DNA of 63,959 nt, filler included, from Octopus bimaculoides (lineage: Eukaryota): NCBI RefSeq assembly GCF_001194135.2. It is 7 parts of 6 records of this genome, joined end to end, with 100 filler letters (N's around TTAATTAATTAA, not from the genome) between each part and the next. Parts side by side here need not be neighbours in the genome. Positions count along the whole stretch, not along the records: positions 49,621 to 57,517 come from NC_068986.1; positions 57,618 to 62,793 come from NC_068986.1; 5 more parts are not named here. The stretch is one strand, 5' to 3'. Below are positions 49,521 through 61,269 of this stretch, piece after piece (position 1 is the first letter of the stretch; the number at the start of each line of letters is the position of its first letter). The translations under genes were made by a program, and so were the position numbers. The notes below the pieces were generated by a model. It was given only the letters and a program-made list of their open reading frames with translations. It did not search any database and was not told the DNA's origin.

Positions 49521-52500
49521 NNNNNNNNNNNNNNNNNNNNNNNNNNNNNNNNNNNNNNNNNNNNTTAATTAATTAANNNNNNNNNNNNNNNNNNNNNNNN
49601 NNNNNNNNNNNNNNNNNNNNTTGTGTTTATTCTGTTCAGAATGTATTTATTTTAAATTTCGGATATGGCAGCAAATTGTTTTAGTTTTAAGAATGAAATT
49701 ACCAAAAATAAAGCGAAAATTATCTGAATTATTTATGCAATTACGAGGCATTTTAAAACAGATAACAGATAATGTTGTAAAATATCTCAAAAGAGATATT
49801 TTACAATTGATTTAAATGCGAATGATGCAATAATTTGCATCACACTCTCCTTATGTGACAGAGCTATCAATAGTCTTGTATTGTCATATTTTTTATTGGT
49901 GCGATGTTTTTGTTGTTTGTTGATGCAGTACTTGTGGTAGATGATGCAGTCAATGCATTCTATTGTACCATAATCTTACTGAAGACTTAAAAAAGTGTAT
50001 AAATCTGGAACTAAAATACTTTTACTAATCTTAATAAGTGAGGGTAACTATCGTAACCAGTGACACAAACTTAATAAACATCGACTGATTTCCTCTCATG
50101 TAAAAAAGCTGCGTTTTGCCTGCTCAATAATAAGACGAAATCTGAAGAATTTCTATGAGGTCACTCAACTTATTGAAAAGGCAGGCAAGTCTCCCTCAAA
50201 TAACACCTTACTTAAAAAGAGGAATATGTATCGAAAAATAATGGTCCTGGATGCACACTCCACAAAAAAATGGCAGGCTTTCACGACTAAAAGATCTTTG
50301 CTCAGAGGTCTGCTGAAACCGGGCTTAACAAGGGAATAAACTTGAGATCAAGTGGTTTATCAGTATTTGAGAAGACCACTGATGAAACTGGAATAAATGA
50401 AAACATGTTACTTACCACCACCATTAATCTAACAGAGGTACGGAAAACGCCAAATATTTGATAGACCAACCACATAGCCGAGAATCGAGAAGAAAAATTC
50501 CGACCATTTAGCCCAGGTTTCTCTTTGCAGTTTGGTTTTCTTCATGATGGTATCTGTAAATATATCTTGTTAATATTAGAAAATCAGAGTAAAATTTTGT
50601 ATATGTTAGATTACCAATAAATACTTCGCCTTCCTTCCGTTTACAGATTAATGGACGTCTGTACTAGGATGAATGACGCAAGTTGTATATCGGCGTGTCT
50701 AAGTACACGGATAACAATATCTGTTATAATGAACACATTGTCAAATAATTGTAAAGAAGTGATATATTTGATTGAATTTACTCCAGTACAAAACTGAAAT
50801 ATGTTCTGCACAGGATTTGAACTCAAAATATAAAGGATTGAAATGTAGAATCGTACAATTTATTAGTATTGTTATCTAATATTTAGGAAGGGCTTATCTA
50901 TACGGTACGGTTTCCTTGTTTATGGGTATAAATATATGCTGACAATTAAGATATTCTGAGTTAAACATTTCTAACAAGAATTTTTATAATAGACCCGGAA
51001 TGATTATAGTATTTTGTGTATGTAATAAACGTTTTCATCCAGCTTATGGTAAAGTGCAAGCCATTATCTATATAATAATCTGCTTGTTCGTTCACCCGTT
51101 ATACTTTAGTTAGTTAAAGANNNNNNNNNNNNNNNNNNNNNNNNNNNNNNNNNNNNNNNNNNNNNNNNNNNNNNNNNNNNNNNNNNNNNNNNNNNNNNNN
51201 NNNNNNNNNNNNNNNNNNNNNNNNNNNNNNNNNNNNNNNNNNNNNNNNNNNNNNNNNNNNNNNNNNNNNNNNNNNNNNNNNNNNNNNNNNNNNNNNNNNN
51301 NNNNNNNNNNNNNNNNNNNNNNNNNNNNNNNNNNNNNNNNNNNNNNNNNNNNNNNNNNNNNNNNNNNNNNNNNNNNNNNNNNNNNNNNNNNNNNNNNNNN
51401 NNNNNNNNNNNNNNNNNNNNNNNNNNNNNNNNNNNNNNNNNNNNNNNNNNNNNNNNNNNNNNNNNNNNNNNNNNNNNNNNNNNNNNNNNNNNNNNNNNNN
51501 NNNNNNNNNNNNNNNNNNNNNNNNNNNNNNNNNNNNNNNNNNNNNNNNNNNNNNNNNNNNNNNNNNNNNNNNNNNNNNNNNNNNNNNNNNNNNNNNNNNN
51601 NNNNNNNNNNNNNNNNNNNNNNNNNNNNNNNNNNNNNNNNNNNNNNNNNNNNNNNNNNNNNNNNNNNNNNNNNNNNNNNNNNNNNNNNNNNNNNNNNNNN
51701 NNNNNNNNNNNNNNNNNNNNNNNNNNNNNNNNNNNNNNNNNNNNNNNNNNNNNNNNNNNNNNNNNNNNNNNNNNNNNNNNNNNNNNNNNNNNNNNNNNNN
51801 NNNNNNNNNNNNNNNNNNNNNNNNNNNNNNNNNNNNNNNNNNNNNNNNNNNNNNNNNNNNNNNNNNNNNNNNNNNNNNNNNNNNNNNNNNNNNNNNNNNN
51901 NNNNNNNNNNNNNNNNNNNNNNNNNNNNNNNNNNNNNNNNNNNNNNNNNTATGCTGTCACTCGTGTAGTTAGTGGAAGTGAGAGGTAAAGAGAAAGACAG
52001 AAATCTTAGACATAAAGAGGGGAATTACATGGTTCAAAGTTTGTTGAAGAGTTAGAGAGAAAGAGAGAAATATAAAGTGCTTAGCAGAGGGAAATTTTAA
52101 AATCACATAATATATTATTGTGACTGGAAGTGAAATAACTAAGCAAAATAAAAATTAAAATAGAAATCATCCTTTCTCTCTTAAATAGCTTCTCTTACTC
52201 TTTTTCGTTCTGTGTAATTTCCACGGGTCCCACTAGTTAAGATTAAATGTAACATCAAGAAAATTCACCTTTCATCATTAAAAGAGATAGAAAGTCTATA
52301 ATCTCTAAAAGAAAATGTAGATCCTTGCGAAGCAATTCTATTAGAGCTACAGAAACCCTCCGACTATGTCTGTAATCTTGGACAAAGTCCTATATAGATA
52401 TATTTTCTATTATATTGTGCTATTACTGTACATTGATAAATTACACATTTTCTTTTATATGTGTTTTTAAGTACACAGTTTTTTTTTCTGCAATCACACA

Positions 52501-52599
52501 GATTATATTTTTCAAGGTAGTGCTCCAGCACAGCCGCAGTCTAATGACTGAAATACGTAAAAGATTAAGATTCTCCAAGTAGCCACAATTGAGAATTGT

Positions 52600-52900
52600 T
52601 TCATGATGCAGCACCAAGAATTCATACCCCCATTAGTTTCGATAGTTCATCAATTTCAATTTATGTGTCTACCAATAACATCGATATAAATGAGTGGTCT
52701 TTCTTCTGTATTAAAGTGTGGAGGACTCCAAACTATAACATCAGATATAACCTCATATTCAGCATGATATTAATGGCCAGTAAAACCTACCCTGAATAGA
52801 GATGGGTGGGATATGTCCATAAATCTCCCTTTTGCTCTTGTAATTATGCCATAATATGTTTTGAGCTCTTATGAGAAACCTGGTCTATGTACCATCAAGA
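52600..52900 (-). mobile_element. Decayed RTE-clade LINE C-terminal remnant
   Basis: Minus-strand IYGHIPPISIQGR and ISDVIVWSPPH...RPLIYIDV resemble the RTE pattern LYG.LP / LLWEP.HG...GRP..TYID. Confidence 0.5.
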
Positions 52901-53069
52901 TGATTTTGAAGCTCATTCTTTCTAATCCAGGTTTCAGCTCCACAGAGAAGAAAGGTCTCTACACAAACCTGCTCTAAAGAAGATAACACCTTGCTAACTT
53001 TGAAATATATGATTACCTGGTATTTTGAAGTTTCGTATAGCAAAACAAAACAAATTATTAATCAAGCGT

Positions 53070-53199
53070 GACTGTGTTAAGATGTTTGCTTTCTAACTAC
53101 ATGGTTTTGGGTTCAATTTCACTGACAAGTGCCTTCTACTATGAATTTGGGCTAAGCAAAACTTCGTGAGTGGGTTTGGCTGACAGATGCTGAAACAAG

Positions 53200-53200
<1 letters not shown>
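53070..53200 (+). mobile_element. SINE family A head, degenerate
   Basis: tttgctttctaactacatggttttgggttcaattt ... gtgagtgggtttgg. Confidence 0.6.
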
Positions 53201-53240
<40 letters not shown>

Positions 53241-53429
53241 NNNNNNNNNNNNNNNNNNNNNNNNNNNNNNNNNNNNNNNNNNNNNNNNNNNNNNNNNNNN
53301 NNNNNNNNNNNNNNNNNNNNNNNNNNNNNNNNNNNNNNNNNNNNNNNNNNNNNNNNNNNNNNNNNNNNNNNNNNNNNNNNNNNNNNNNNNNNNNNNNNNN
53401 NNNNNNNNNNNNNNNNTTTTTTTCTGGCA

Positions 53430-53790
53430 CATTGTATCCTTCAACAAAACACTTTATTTTACGTTGTTCCATTTCACTCAGCTAGCAAAAATGAGTTCTA
53501 CCTGTAATTCTGTGTAAGCTGAATCTCCCTAAATATGGCACGTAAAACGCACCATCCGAGCGTGGCCGATGCCAGTGCCTCCTGACTGGCACCCGTGCCG
53601 GTGGCACGTAAAAAGCACCCACTACACTCTCAGAGTGGTTGCCGTTAGGAAGGGCATCCACCTGTAGAAACCTTACCAAATCAGATTGGAACCTGATGCA
53701 GCCTCCCTGCCTGCCAGTTCTCTGTCAGACCGTTCAACCCATGCCAACATGGAAAGCGTATGTTAAACGACGACGATGATGATGATGTAT
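53430..53790 (+). mobile_element. Chimeric SINE: family C core joined to the family B 3' half
   Basis: acactttattttacgttgttccatttcactcagct ... gctgaatctccct, then ggcacgtaaaaagcacccactacactctcagagtgg ... (GAT)n. Confidence 0.7.
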
Positions 53791-54321
53791 GTTATTGTGC
53801 TAAATGAAAATTTTTTGATTTATTTAATGAAATTGCTGCTAATGAATACCAGAAGTACGCACACGCATGTATTTCTTCAGCACATACACGCCACACATAC
53901 ATATCAAAATATCTACTTTGCTTCTTACTGTGTGCCAGTTACTGGTTAACTCCTACTTCACACTACCGCACACACACACACACGCACTCACACACACACG
54001 CACACGCATACACACACACACACCAGCTACTAACACTCTCTTGACTCTACTCTCTCACAAACCACATCTCACTCTCCGCAGCTGTTATTCACTGCCACCA
54101 CCCCTTCATATACATTATGTCCCCACCTTTTACCCTATTCACTTCTTCTTCTCCACTTCCACCAACCATTACATCATTACATTCCTGTTAAAAGCACCTT
54201 TCTACACAACTTCATACTTTTCTATCTCTTTTACTCCATCTAAACTCAACAACTAATAAGATTTACTCAGCATCTTCGCTTTGTCTATATTTCCGATATT
54301 TCTGTTGTCATCATCAGTGAA

Positions 54322-54639
54322 GGCACGCGGCTTAGTGGTTAAGGTAGTCATCTCCCAGTTGTAAGGTTGTGAGTTCGATCCTTGATGCCATGTTGTCTCC
54401 TTGAGCAAGACACATTATTTCAAGTTGCTCCAGTTCACTCAGCTGGCAAAAATTAGTTCTACTTGTATTTGAAAGGGCGTGCCTTGTCACATTCTGCGTA
54501 AGCTGAATCTCTCCAAGACCTACGTTAAGGATACATGTGTCTATGGTGCACTCAGCCACTTGTACATTAATCTCGTGAGTAGGCTGTTCCGTTGATCGGA
54601 TTAACTGGAACCTTCATCGTCGTAACCGACGGAGTGCCA
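54322..54639 (+). mobile_element. SINE family C, full length
   Basis: tRNA-like head ggcttagtggtt ... gagttcgatcc, core ccttgagcaagacac ... ctccagttcactcagctg and end gtaaccgacggagtgcca. Confidence 0.88.
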
Positions 54640-54787
54640 ACATTATATGTAATATAAGATATAGTCACTATTATCACTTTAACTTACACATTTTCATGCT
54701 TGCATGGGTGGGTGGTATTCATTGAGGCAGATTTTGTAAGGCCAGATGCCCCTTTTGTCCTGCCACCAACCCCTCACACGGTTCTCT

Positions 54788-55004
54788 CACCTTAGCCAAG
54801 ATCTTCAACTTTGTATTGAGCAGAGTGATGGGCATAAAGTTCCCTATAATGTCCCCCTTGTTTGGGTCCTTTCTTAGCAAAGCCACCACGGTGCTAGCCA
54901 AGAGATTGGCGCCTGTCTGATGCGCTACATCATAGAGAGGGTGAGTAACGAAGTTGGCGCGGGTGGGGCTTTGATCAATTTAGATCAGTCTAAAGCCTTC
55001 GATA
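54788..55004. mobile_element. L1/Tx1-like RT fragment with an inverted 5' segment
   Basis: Minus 54890-54788 reads VVALLRKDPNKGDIIGNFMPITLLNTKLKILAKV. Plus 54891-55004 reads VLAKRLAPV ... MRYIIERVSNEVGAGGALINLDQSKAFD. Confidence 0.85.
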
Positions 55005-56179
55005 NNNNNNNNNNNNNNNNNNNNNNNNNNNNNNNNNNNNNNNNNNNNNNNNNNNNNNNNNNNNNNNNNNNNNNNNNNNNNNNNNNNNNNNNNNNNNNNN
55101 NNNNCATGTATGAGTGTGTGTATGCATCTTATTTTATGTGCCTGTTATGTAGCAAAATATTCAATAATTTCACTTATTTTACTTCATTTTCTGCTAAACA
55201 CTTGCTTTGCCAGTTGTTGATTTATCCATTTGCAATGATAAATATTTGCACACCGTAACATCCTTATGTAATTATTTAGTTATGTAGTCAGAACTGTTCC
55301 AACCCTTCTAGCTCCAGTATTCCTCATTTATTACTACTGACCTATGGCATGTATTATATTTTCTTTGCTTTCCCCTAAAATTTGCAAGTAGCAAGTCATT
55401 AGCTTCTAGCAAAGCTTACTTCATTTGACCATTTTCGAATGTTTCTTTTTTATGTTTCGCCGAAATAATGCGATAGTTGCAGTCAAAGATTTAGGAGTGA
55501 GTTCTTTTGTAAACAATTGTTTTCTGAACTTGAAATTAATAATTTTGATTAGGTTGTTTTCATTCCTGAATTTGAAGGGAACTGTATTGGAAATGCTTAA
55601 CGAACAATCTTAAATGTCTTTCTATTTTGGTATAACGATATTTATGTTGCAGGTAAAACTTATACGTTTCTCTTCAGTTGTTAAGAGAGCACACAGATTT
55701 TGTTTCCGTTTTGTTGTTAAGGTACGTCTTTTTCTGTTAACTTGTCAATACATCAGTAAGGTTATAAGTCCTCCACCTCTGATTGTCAGTGTAGGTAGAA
55801 CGATGTTTGTAACATGGATTGGGAGCTTCTAATAGTAACTCATTCAATTAATTTTGTTTTCCCGTCGAATAGAAACATTCATTCATTAAATATTAAAAAA
55901 TTATGGCCAGTGTTTAAAAATAGTCTCCTTGAAAATGTAAAATGTGACTATCTTGATTCTTGTATGAACCAGTCCATATTTTAACAAACTATCTTAATTG
56001 CTGTTTACTTAAAATACTTCCTAATTCATTAATATAAATAAAATGTTCTGTTAAATATTTTAAAATAAATGAATAAAAATATAGAAGTTCTTTTAGATTT
56101 AATTAGCCACACTATAATCCAATATTTAAATATGTATTATTTTAAATTTTGTTTCTTTCTTCATAATCTTTTCTGCTAT

Positions 56180-56385
56180 AGGCACGAGACCTGAAATTTT
56201 GGAGGAAGAGCTAGTTGATTACATCGATCCCAGTGCTTGAGTGGTACTTAATTTATCGATCCCGAAAGGATAAAAGGTATAGTCGATCTCGGCATAATTT
56301 GAACTCAGAGCATAAAGTCAGAAGAAATGCCACTAAGCGTTTTGTCCGGTGTGCTAACGATTCTGCCAGATCATGGCCTTTGCTT
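56180..56385 (-). mobile_element. SINE family D, near full length
   Basis: ggcacgagacctgaaatttt ... gtgctaacgattctgccag. Confidence 0.85.
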
Positions 56386-56498
56386 CTTTCTTCATAATGC
56401 CAGTATTTAGGAAACGAGTCTCTCCGTCGCCAGTTAATGACTTTATAAAAAACAAACGTAGAAATTGTTAACATGCCTATAAACATAAAGGCATATAT

Positions 56499-56606
56499 TC
56501 TTTTCTACTCTAGGCACAATGCCTGAAATTTTTGGGGAGGGGGACAATCGATTAGATCGACCACAGTACGCAACTGGTACTTAATTTATCGACCCCGGCG
56601 GAATTT
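56499..56606 (-). mobile_element. Truncated SINE D with 15-bp target-site duplication
   Basis: cataaaggcatatat at 56484-56498 and 56607-56621 flanks the copy. Confidence 0.85.
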
Positions 56607-57617
56607 CATAAAGGCATATATCGTTGGTCAATCTGTATGGGTCTTGTTATACGAAAATCTTTGGACAGACGGTACCTTAGGGACAAGTGGACAACAGGTA
56701 ACTCTGAAAGCCTTATTGGGTAACCCTGGCCTAGGTCATAGAAACAATAGGTATTGTAAAATATAGCATGCATGTTAATGCATGCGCAACAGAGCGAGAA
56801 CAAGGTCAATATCTGGCATTAATAGATTGTTCAAAGAAACCTGGTATCGAATAAGAAGTAGCTTTTATCTGTACACTCATTGGATAATGTAGTCTTAATT
56901 GCATTTAGCAAGGCTAGACTCGGATTTAATTTCTTGAAGTACTGGGAATAACGACTTGTGACTAACTTTTCATTTCTTCTTCGAAACAAAACTGTAACGT
57001 GTTAAATTATCAGAAACATTTTATTTGTTGTAGTTTAGCTTCCTGTTTTAACGCTGTTTTTGTATATCAGAAACTATATTTTTACTAAGTCCTTTCTTCT
57101 TTGACGTCATTTGCTATTTCTACAAGGTCAAGTGACAAAGTACATGCTCCTTTATTTGGTTCATCTTTGAGTAATTTTTAGAAATGATCCTGCATTGATC
57201 ATCAAGTTAAACATGCACCATTTGTCTTGTTATAATTTGAAAGTATTAAAGAAAAAAAAAGCCTATAAAAATTGCATAATATCAAATCCGTAAAATGTCG
57301 TCAGAAAGTAGAAGATATATTAAACAAAATAATTGAAAATTACTTCTTCAGAAAAGCAAGAAGGTGTAGAGAATGTATAGGAACCTGGCAGGCGTGAAGT
57401 GGATTCGATCCACTTTACCCATATTTGAATAGCTAGGCCGAAGCGGTCTCCACCACTTGACCCTTTTCTGACCTCTTCTACTCCATCTAGAATAGAGATA
57501 AACAAGCTAAATCCTTTNNNNNNNNNNNNNNNNNNNNNNNNNNNNNNNNNNNNNNNNNNNNTTAATTAATTAANNNNNNNNNNNNNNNNNNNNNNNNNNN
57601 NNNNNNNNNNNNNNNNN

Positions 57618-57690
<73 letters not shown>

Positions 57691-58288
57691 GTTTATTGGT
57701 TCAAACTAGTCTCAGTTTGCGGTTTTTTACGATAAAATCAGTAATACAGTTATGGCTAAAATAATGACTACACTCCAAGTAATTATGATTCATTAAAACT
57801 CTTAAAAGCGATGTTCCATCATGACCGCGATCCAATAATTACAGCAAGTAAAAGGAAATGTGTAAGTTATTTTCTTATAGAGATATTAAAATCAAGCCCA
57901 TATTTTATACAAGTTGGATAAGACACGCACACACTTACACATACACGCTCAAAGGAAATCTTATAACGTCATGAGAAGTTATCTGTGACGTGACTGAATA
58001 ACAAATTTTAATGGAGAGACCAAACCACACTTTCTGGCACTCGTTTTATTCTTAGATAACGTATATAAAGGTTTATGTATATTTACAGGAAGTTTGAACG
58101 TCATAATATATTCACCAACGTCATTAGTATTCGACAGTGACTGGCGTCAGCAACATTAGTTTGTTCGTGGTTGAAGTAAACTATCAAAACTGAAATATAT
58201 ATGAAGTACATAAGTAGAGAATTCATATTTCGGGTAGTATTTGTGTTTATACCGACATATATTATATGTTTATATACATACATAATGT

Positions 58289-58599
58289 GGAGGCGCAGCG
58301 GAATCGCGGTTAGAGGATCGTGGTTTCAATTCCCAGACCGGACATTGTGAGTGTTTATTGAGCAAAAACACCTCAAGCTCCACGAGGTTCCGGCAGGGGG
58401 TGGTGGCGAACCCTGCTGTACTCTTTCACTCTTTCTTCTTGTTTCTGTTGTACCTGTATTTCAAAGGGCTAAATCTCCCTGAGAACTACGTTAAGGGCAC
58501 ACGTGTCTGTGGAGTGCTCAGCACGTTTAATTTCACGAGCAGTCTGTTCCGTTGGTCGGATCAACTGGAACCCTTGTTGTCGCAACCGACGGAGTGCCA
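58289..58599 (+). mobile_element. SINE with a distinct tRNA head and the family C 3' half
   Basis: The head matches 42391-42467 with the A-box segment deleted. The 3' half aatctccctgagaactacgttaaggg ... gacggagtgcca matches 54322. Confidence 0.82.
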
Positions 58600-59183
58600 T
58601 GACATACATACTAAAAAATTTTCGTTTTTTTTAAATTTTTTTTATAAGACTATAAAAGATGCTATACTAAGATACATGAAATGAAAATAAGGTAATATAA
58701 AATGAATATAAAGAAGATATCATAATGAAATTGTTATATAAACAGTTATAATCAGAATATTAACTAATTATTGATACTAGATGGAAAAAGGCATAAGTAT
58801 ACCGTGTTATACTAGAGCTAAAATAGAATTGAAATTTTTATTAGAAATAGGTTAAGAGAATATATTTAAAATATAACGAAGAAAAAGGATTGAAATATGA
58901 TAGTAAGAGATCATACAAGGTATATTTTATAATTAGGGGAGATTTGAAAATTAGAAACTCGTTAAGGAAAATAGCATATTAATCAAAATAAGCTTTATTA
59001 ACCATCCCTATCCCCTCTTTGCTTTCTGTTATCACCATTCCTCCATCAGACATTCTCGTTTACCACCCCAAGACCTACCCTTTTGATGCTGATATAGCCG
59101 CATGTAAAGTTCCATTTTCCCAAATAGTAGAACGGTCTGTCATGATACTAATTAATGAGAGAGAGAGGTGGATGGATGGTTGT

Positions 59184-59244
<61 letters not shown>

Positions 59245-59269
59245 CACACATGTAATTATATAATCTGTT

Positions 59270-59500
59270 TCTGTGTTCCTTTAGGTTTGTATTTGTCCCC
59301 TATCACTGCTTGACAACAAGCGCTGGTTTGTTTGCATCCCATGTTCTAGCAGTTCAGCGAGAAGGACCGAGAGAATATGTACCAGTACTTAGAAAAAATA
59401 AGTACAGGAATCGATTTGTTCGATTTAAAGATCCTTCAAGGCATTGCCTCAGCACCACCGCAATCCAGTAACTGAAACAAGTAGACGGATAAAAAGATAA
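59270..59500 (+). mobile_element. SINE family A 3' half, diverged
   Basis: ctgcttgacaacaagcgctggt ... ccagtaactgaaacaagta. Confidence 0.65.
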
Positions 59501-59535
59501 AAAGGTTGATATATATACATATACATATGTATATA

Positions 59536-59769
59536 TTGGGTGGTGCATAATTATTGCGGTTTTATTCAACAAAAGCAATAACTATTTTTAATAAAAACAT
59601 CCTTAAATGACGGTCTGACCGTCTGCCAACCAAAAGGGAAGCAGTAATTGAAGTAGATGGTGAATATGCTCCGGAATAATCATTTAAAGATGTTTTTATT
59701 ACAAGTTGTTATAGTTTATGTTAAATAAAATTTGTTGAAAAAAGCCGCAATAATTATGCATCAACCCAA
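59536..59769. mobile_element. Mariner-type MITE, 234 bp, TA-flanked
   Basis: TIRs ttgggtggtgcataattattgcggttttattcaacaaa and tttgttgaaaaaagccgcaataattatgcatcaacccaa. The interior encodes DRLPTKREAVIEVDGEYAPE*. Confidence 0.9.
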
Positions 59770-59785
59770 TATATATATATATATG

Positions 59786-59845
<60 letters not shown>

Positions 59846-59904
59846 CATATATACATACATATACATGCACATTCATACATATATGTATACATATATATAT
59901 ATAC

Positions 59905-59976
<72 letters not shown>

Positions 59977-60339
59977 GTATATACATACATATATACACAT
60001 ATATACATACTGAAAGAGTGTGTGGTTATAAGGATAATAGGTGTAGAACGTGTACGCGTGCGTGAGGAAGTGTATAGAGTAAAACCTTTTACTTACTGTG
60101 TTTTTCCATGAAAATGATCTTGCAGAACTGACGTGCAAGCTAAGAATAACACGGAAGAAACTAATAAGGAAATATGAGAAACTGCAAATAGAATACTGTA
60201 AAATAATAACAACAGAAGAACGTCGGTGTTTTCAATTAAATATCGGTGAGAAAAATGTTCTTTCCCTGTTTATGCTCACACGTTAAAAAAGAACATAGGC
60301 AAGCTTCACATAGACACACAAATACACGCAGAGACGCGT

Positions 60340-60385
<46 letters not shown>

Positions 60386-60698
60386 TAACATATGCCATAG
60401 AGAAAATGAGTAGGGTGGAGTATATGAGACAAACAAATACTTGACCAACTTCACACAAACGAGTAACGAGTAGAAATTTCATCAAAGAACGGCGTACATT
60501 TTTCAGCAGGAGTTTTTGAAAGCCTTTCGTTATCAGTCGGAAACAGTCAAAAAAGGTAGGCTCATTATTGGAGCGGTTCGGTTCCACTTTAAAGGTAAAG
60601 TTTAAGAAATAATAAAATTGTGAAACCAGCCTGAAACTAAAAGAAAAATGTTTACGCTTGTAAAACAAACAGCAAGGCTTTTTTTTCTTTCTTTTCAG

Positions 60699-60792
60699 CG
60701 GAACGGTTTAGAAGGAAGGGTTATGTCTAAGGCCTTTTACAGGTCTTCGAGAAGAGTAATAGCGATGTGCCTGAAGTTCCTCGTTAACAACT
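60699..60792 (+). CDS. Candidate exon, coding or 5'UTR (RNGLEGRVMSKAFYRSSRRVIAMCLKFLVNN)
   Basis: Strong acceptor tttttttctttcttttcag, donor ACT|gtaagt, and one open frame of three. Confidence 0.33.
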
Positions 60793-60984
60793 GTAAGTCG
60801 GTAAATACATAGTAAAAAGGGTCACGGAAGTACCCCCAGAGGGATTATGTTCTGAGAAAGAAGGATTAGATTTCGTTAGAGAAGAATCGATGATGAAGTA
60901 GAATTAATCTGGAAGACGAAAGGAGGTGGGGTGGTTGATTGAGTGACAATGGTATTAGACCATCTACATACAAGAAACTGAGGC

Positions 60985-61055
60985 TACAACAGCAGCAGCA
61001 GCAACAACGACAACAGCAGCAGCAGCAGCAGCAACAACAACAACAACAACAACAA

Positions 61056-61105
<50 letters not shown>

Positions 61106-61131
61106 CTACTACTACTACTACTACTACTACT
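60985..61131. repeat. (CAG/CAA)n followed by (AGT)10(ACT)9 microsatellite
   Basis: Read directly from the sequence. Confidence 0.95.
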
Positions 61132-61269
61132 AGATATACCACGACAGAAAGGAAGACATTAAATCTCAAAAGAGATGGTTTTTGCCTTTCAGTCTTCATG
61201 AAACTAGCATCAGTCGTGTTCTAAAATAGTTTTCATTCGAACTATCTTCCATCTAGAGAGATAGATTTG

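Noticed and set aside
50379-50415. CTGATGA…GAAAACATGTT hammerhead look-alike
   Set aside because: Neither stem II nor stem I can pair.
14006-53517. Long ORFs containing X runs (e.g. 14006, 33517, 37865, 40851, 51106, 53139)
   Set aside because: Their length comes from translating N gaps and the flanking (TA)/(TG) repeats.
54280-54320. Minus-strand CTGATGA…GAAATAT hammerhead look-alike
   Set aside because: Only a 2-bp stem II and no stem I; probably chance.
59732-60138. Cluster of overlapping YI/CV/HT-repeat ORFs, and similar ones throughout the window
   Set aside because: Dinucleotide microsatellites lack stop codons in several frames.
60955-61077. Poly-Gln frame (…RPSTYKKLRLQQQ…*)
   Set aside because: It is continuous with the non-coding AGT/ACT microsatellite and has no convincing acceptor. 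It cannot be fully excluded without RNA data.
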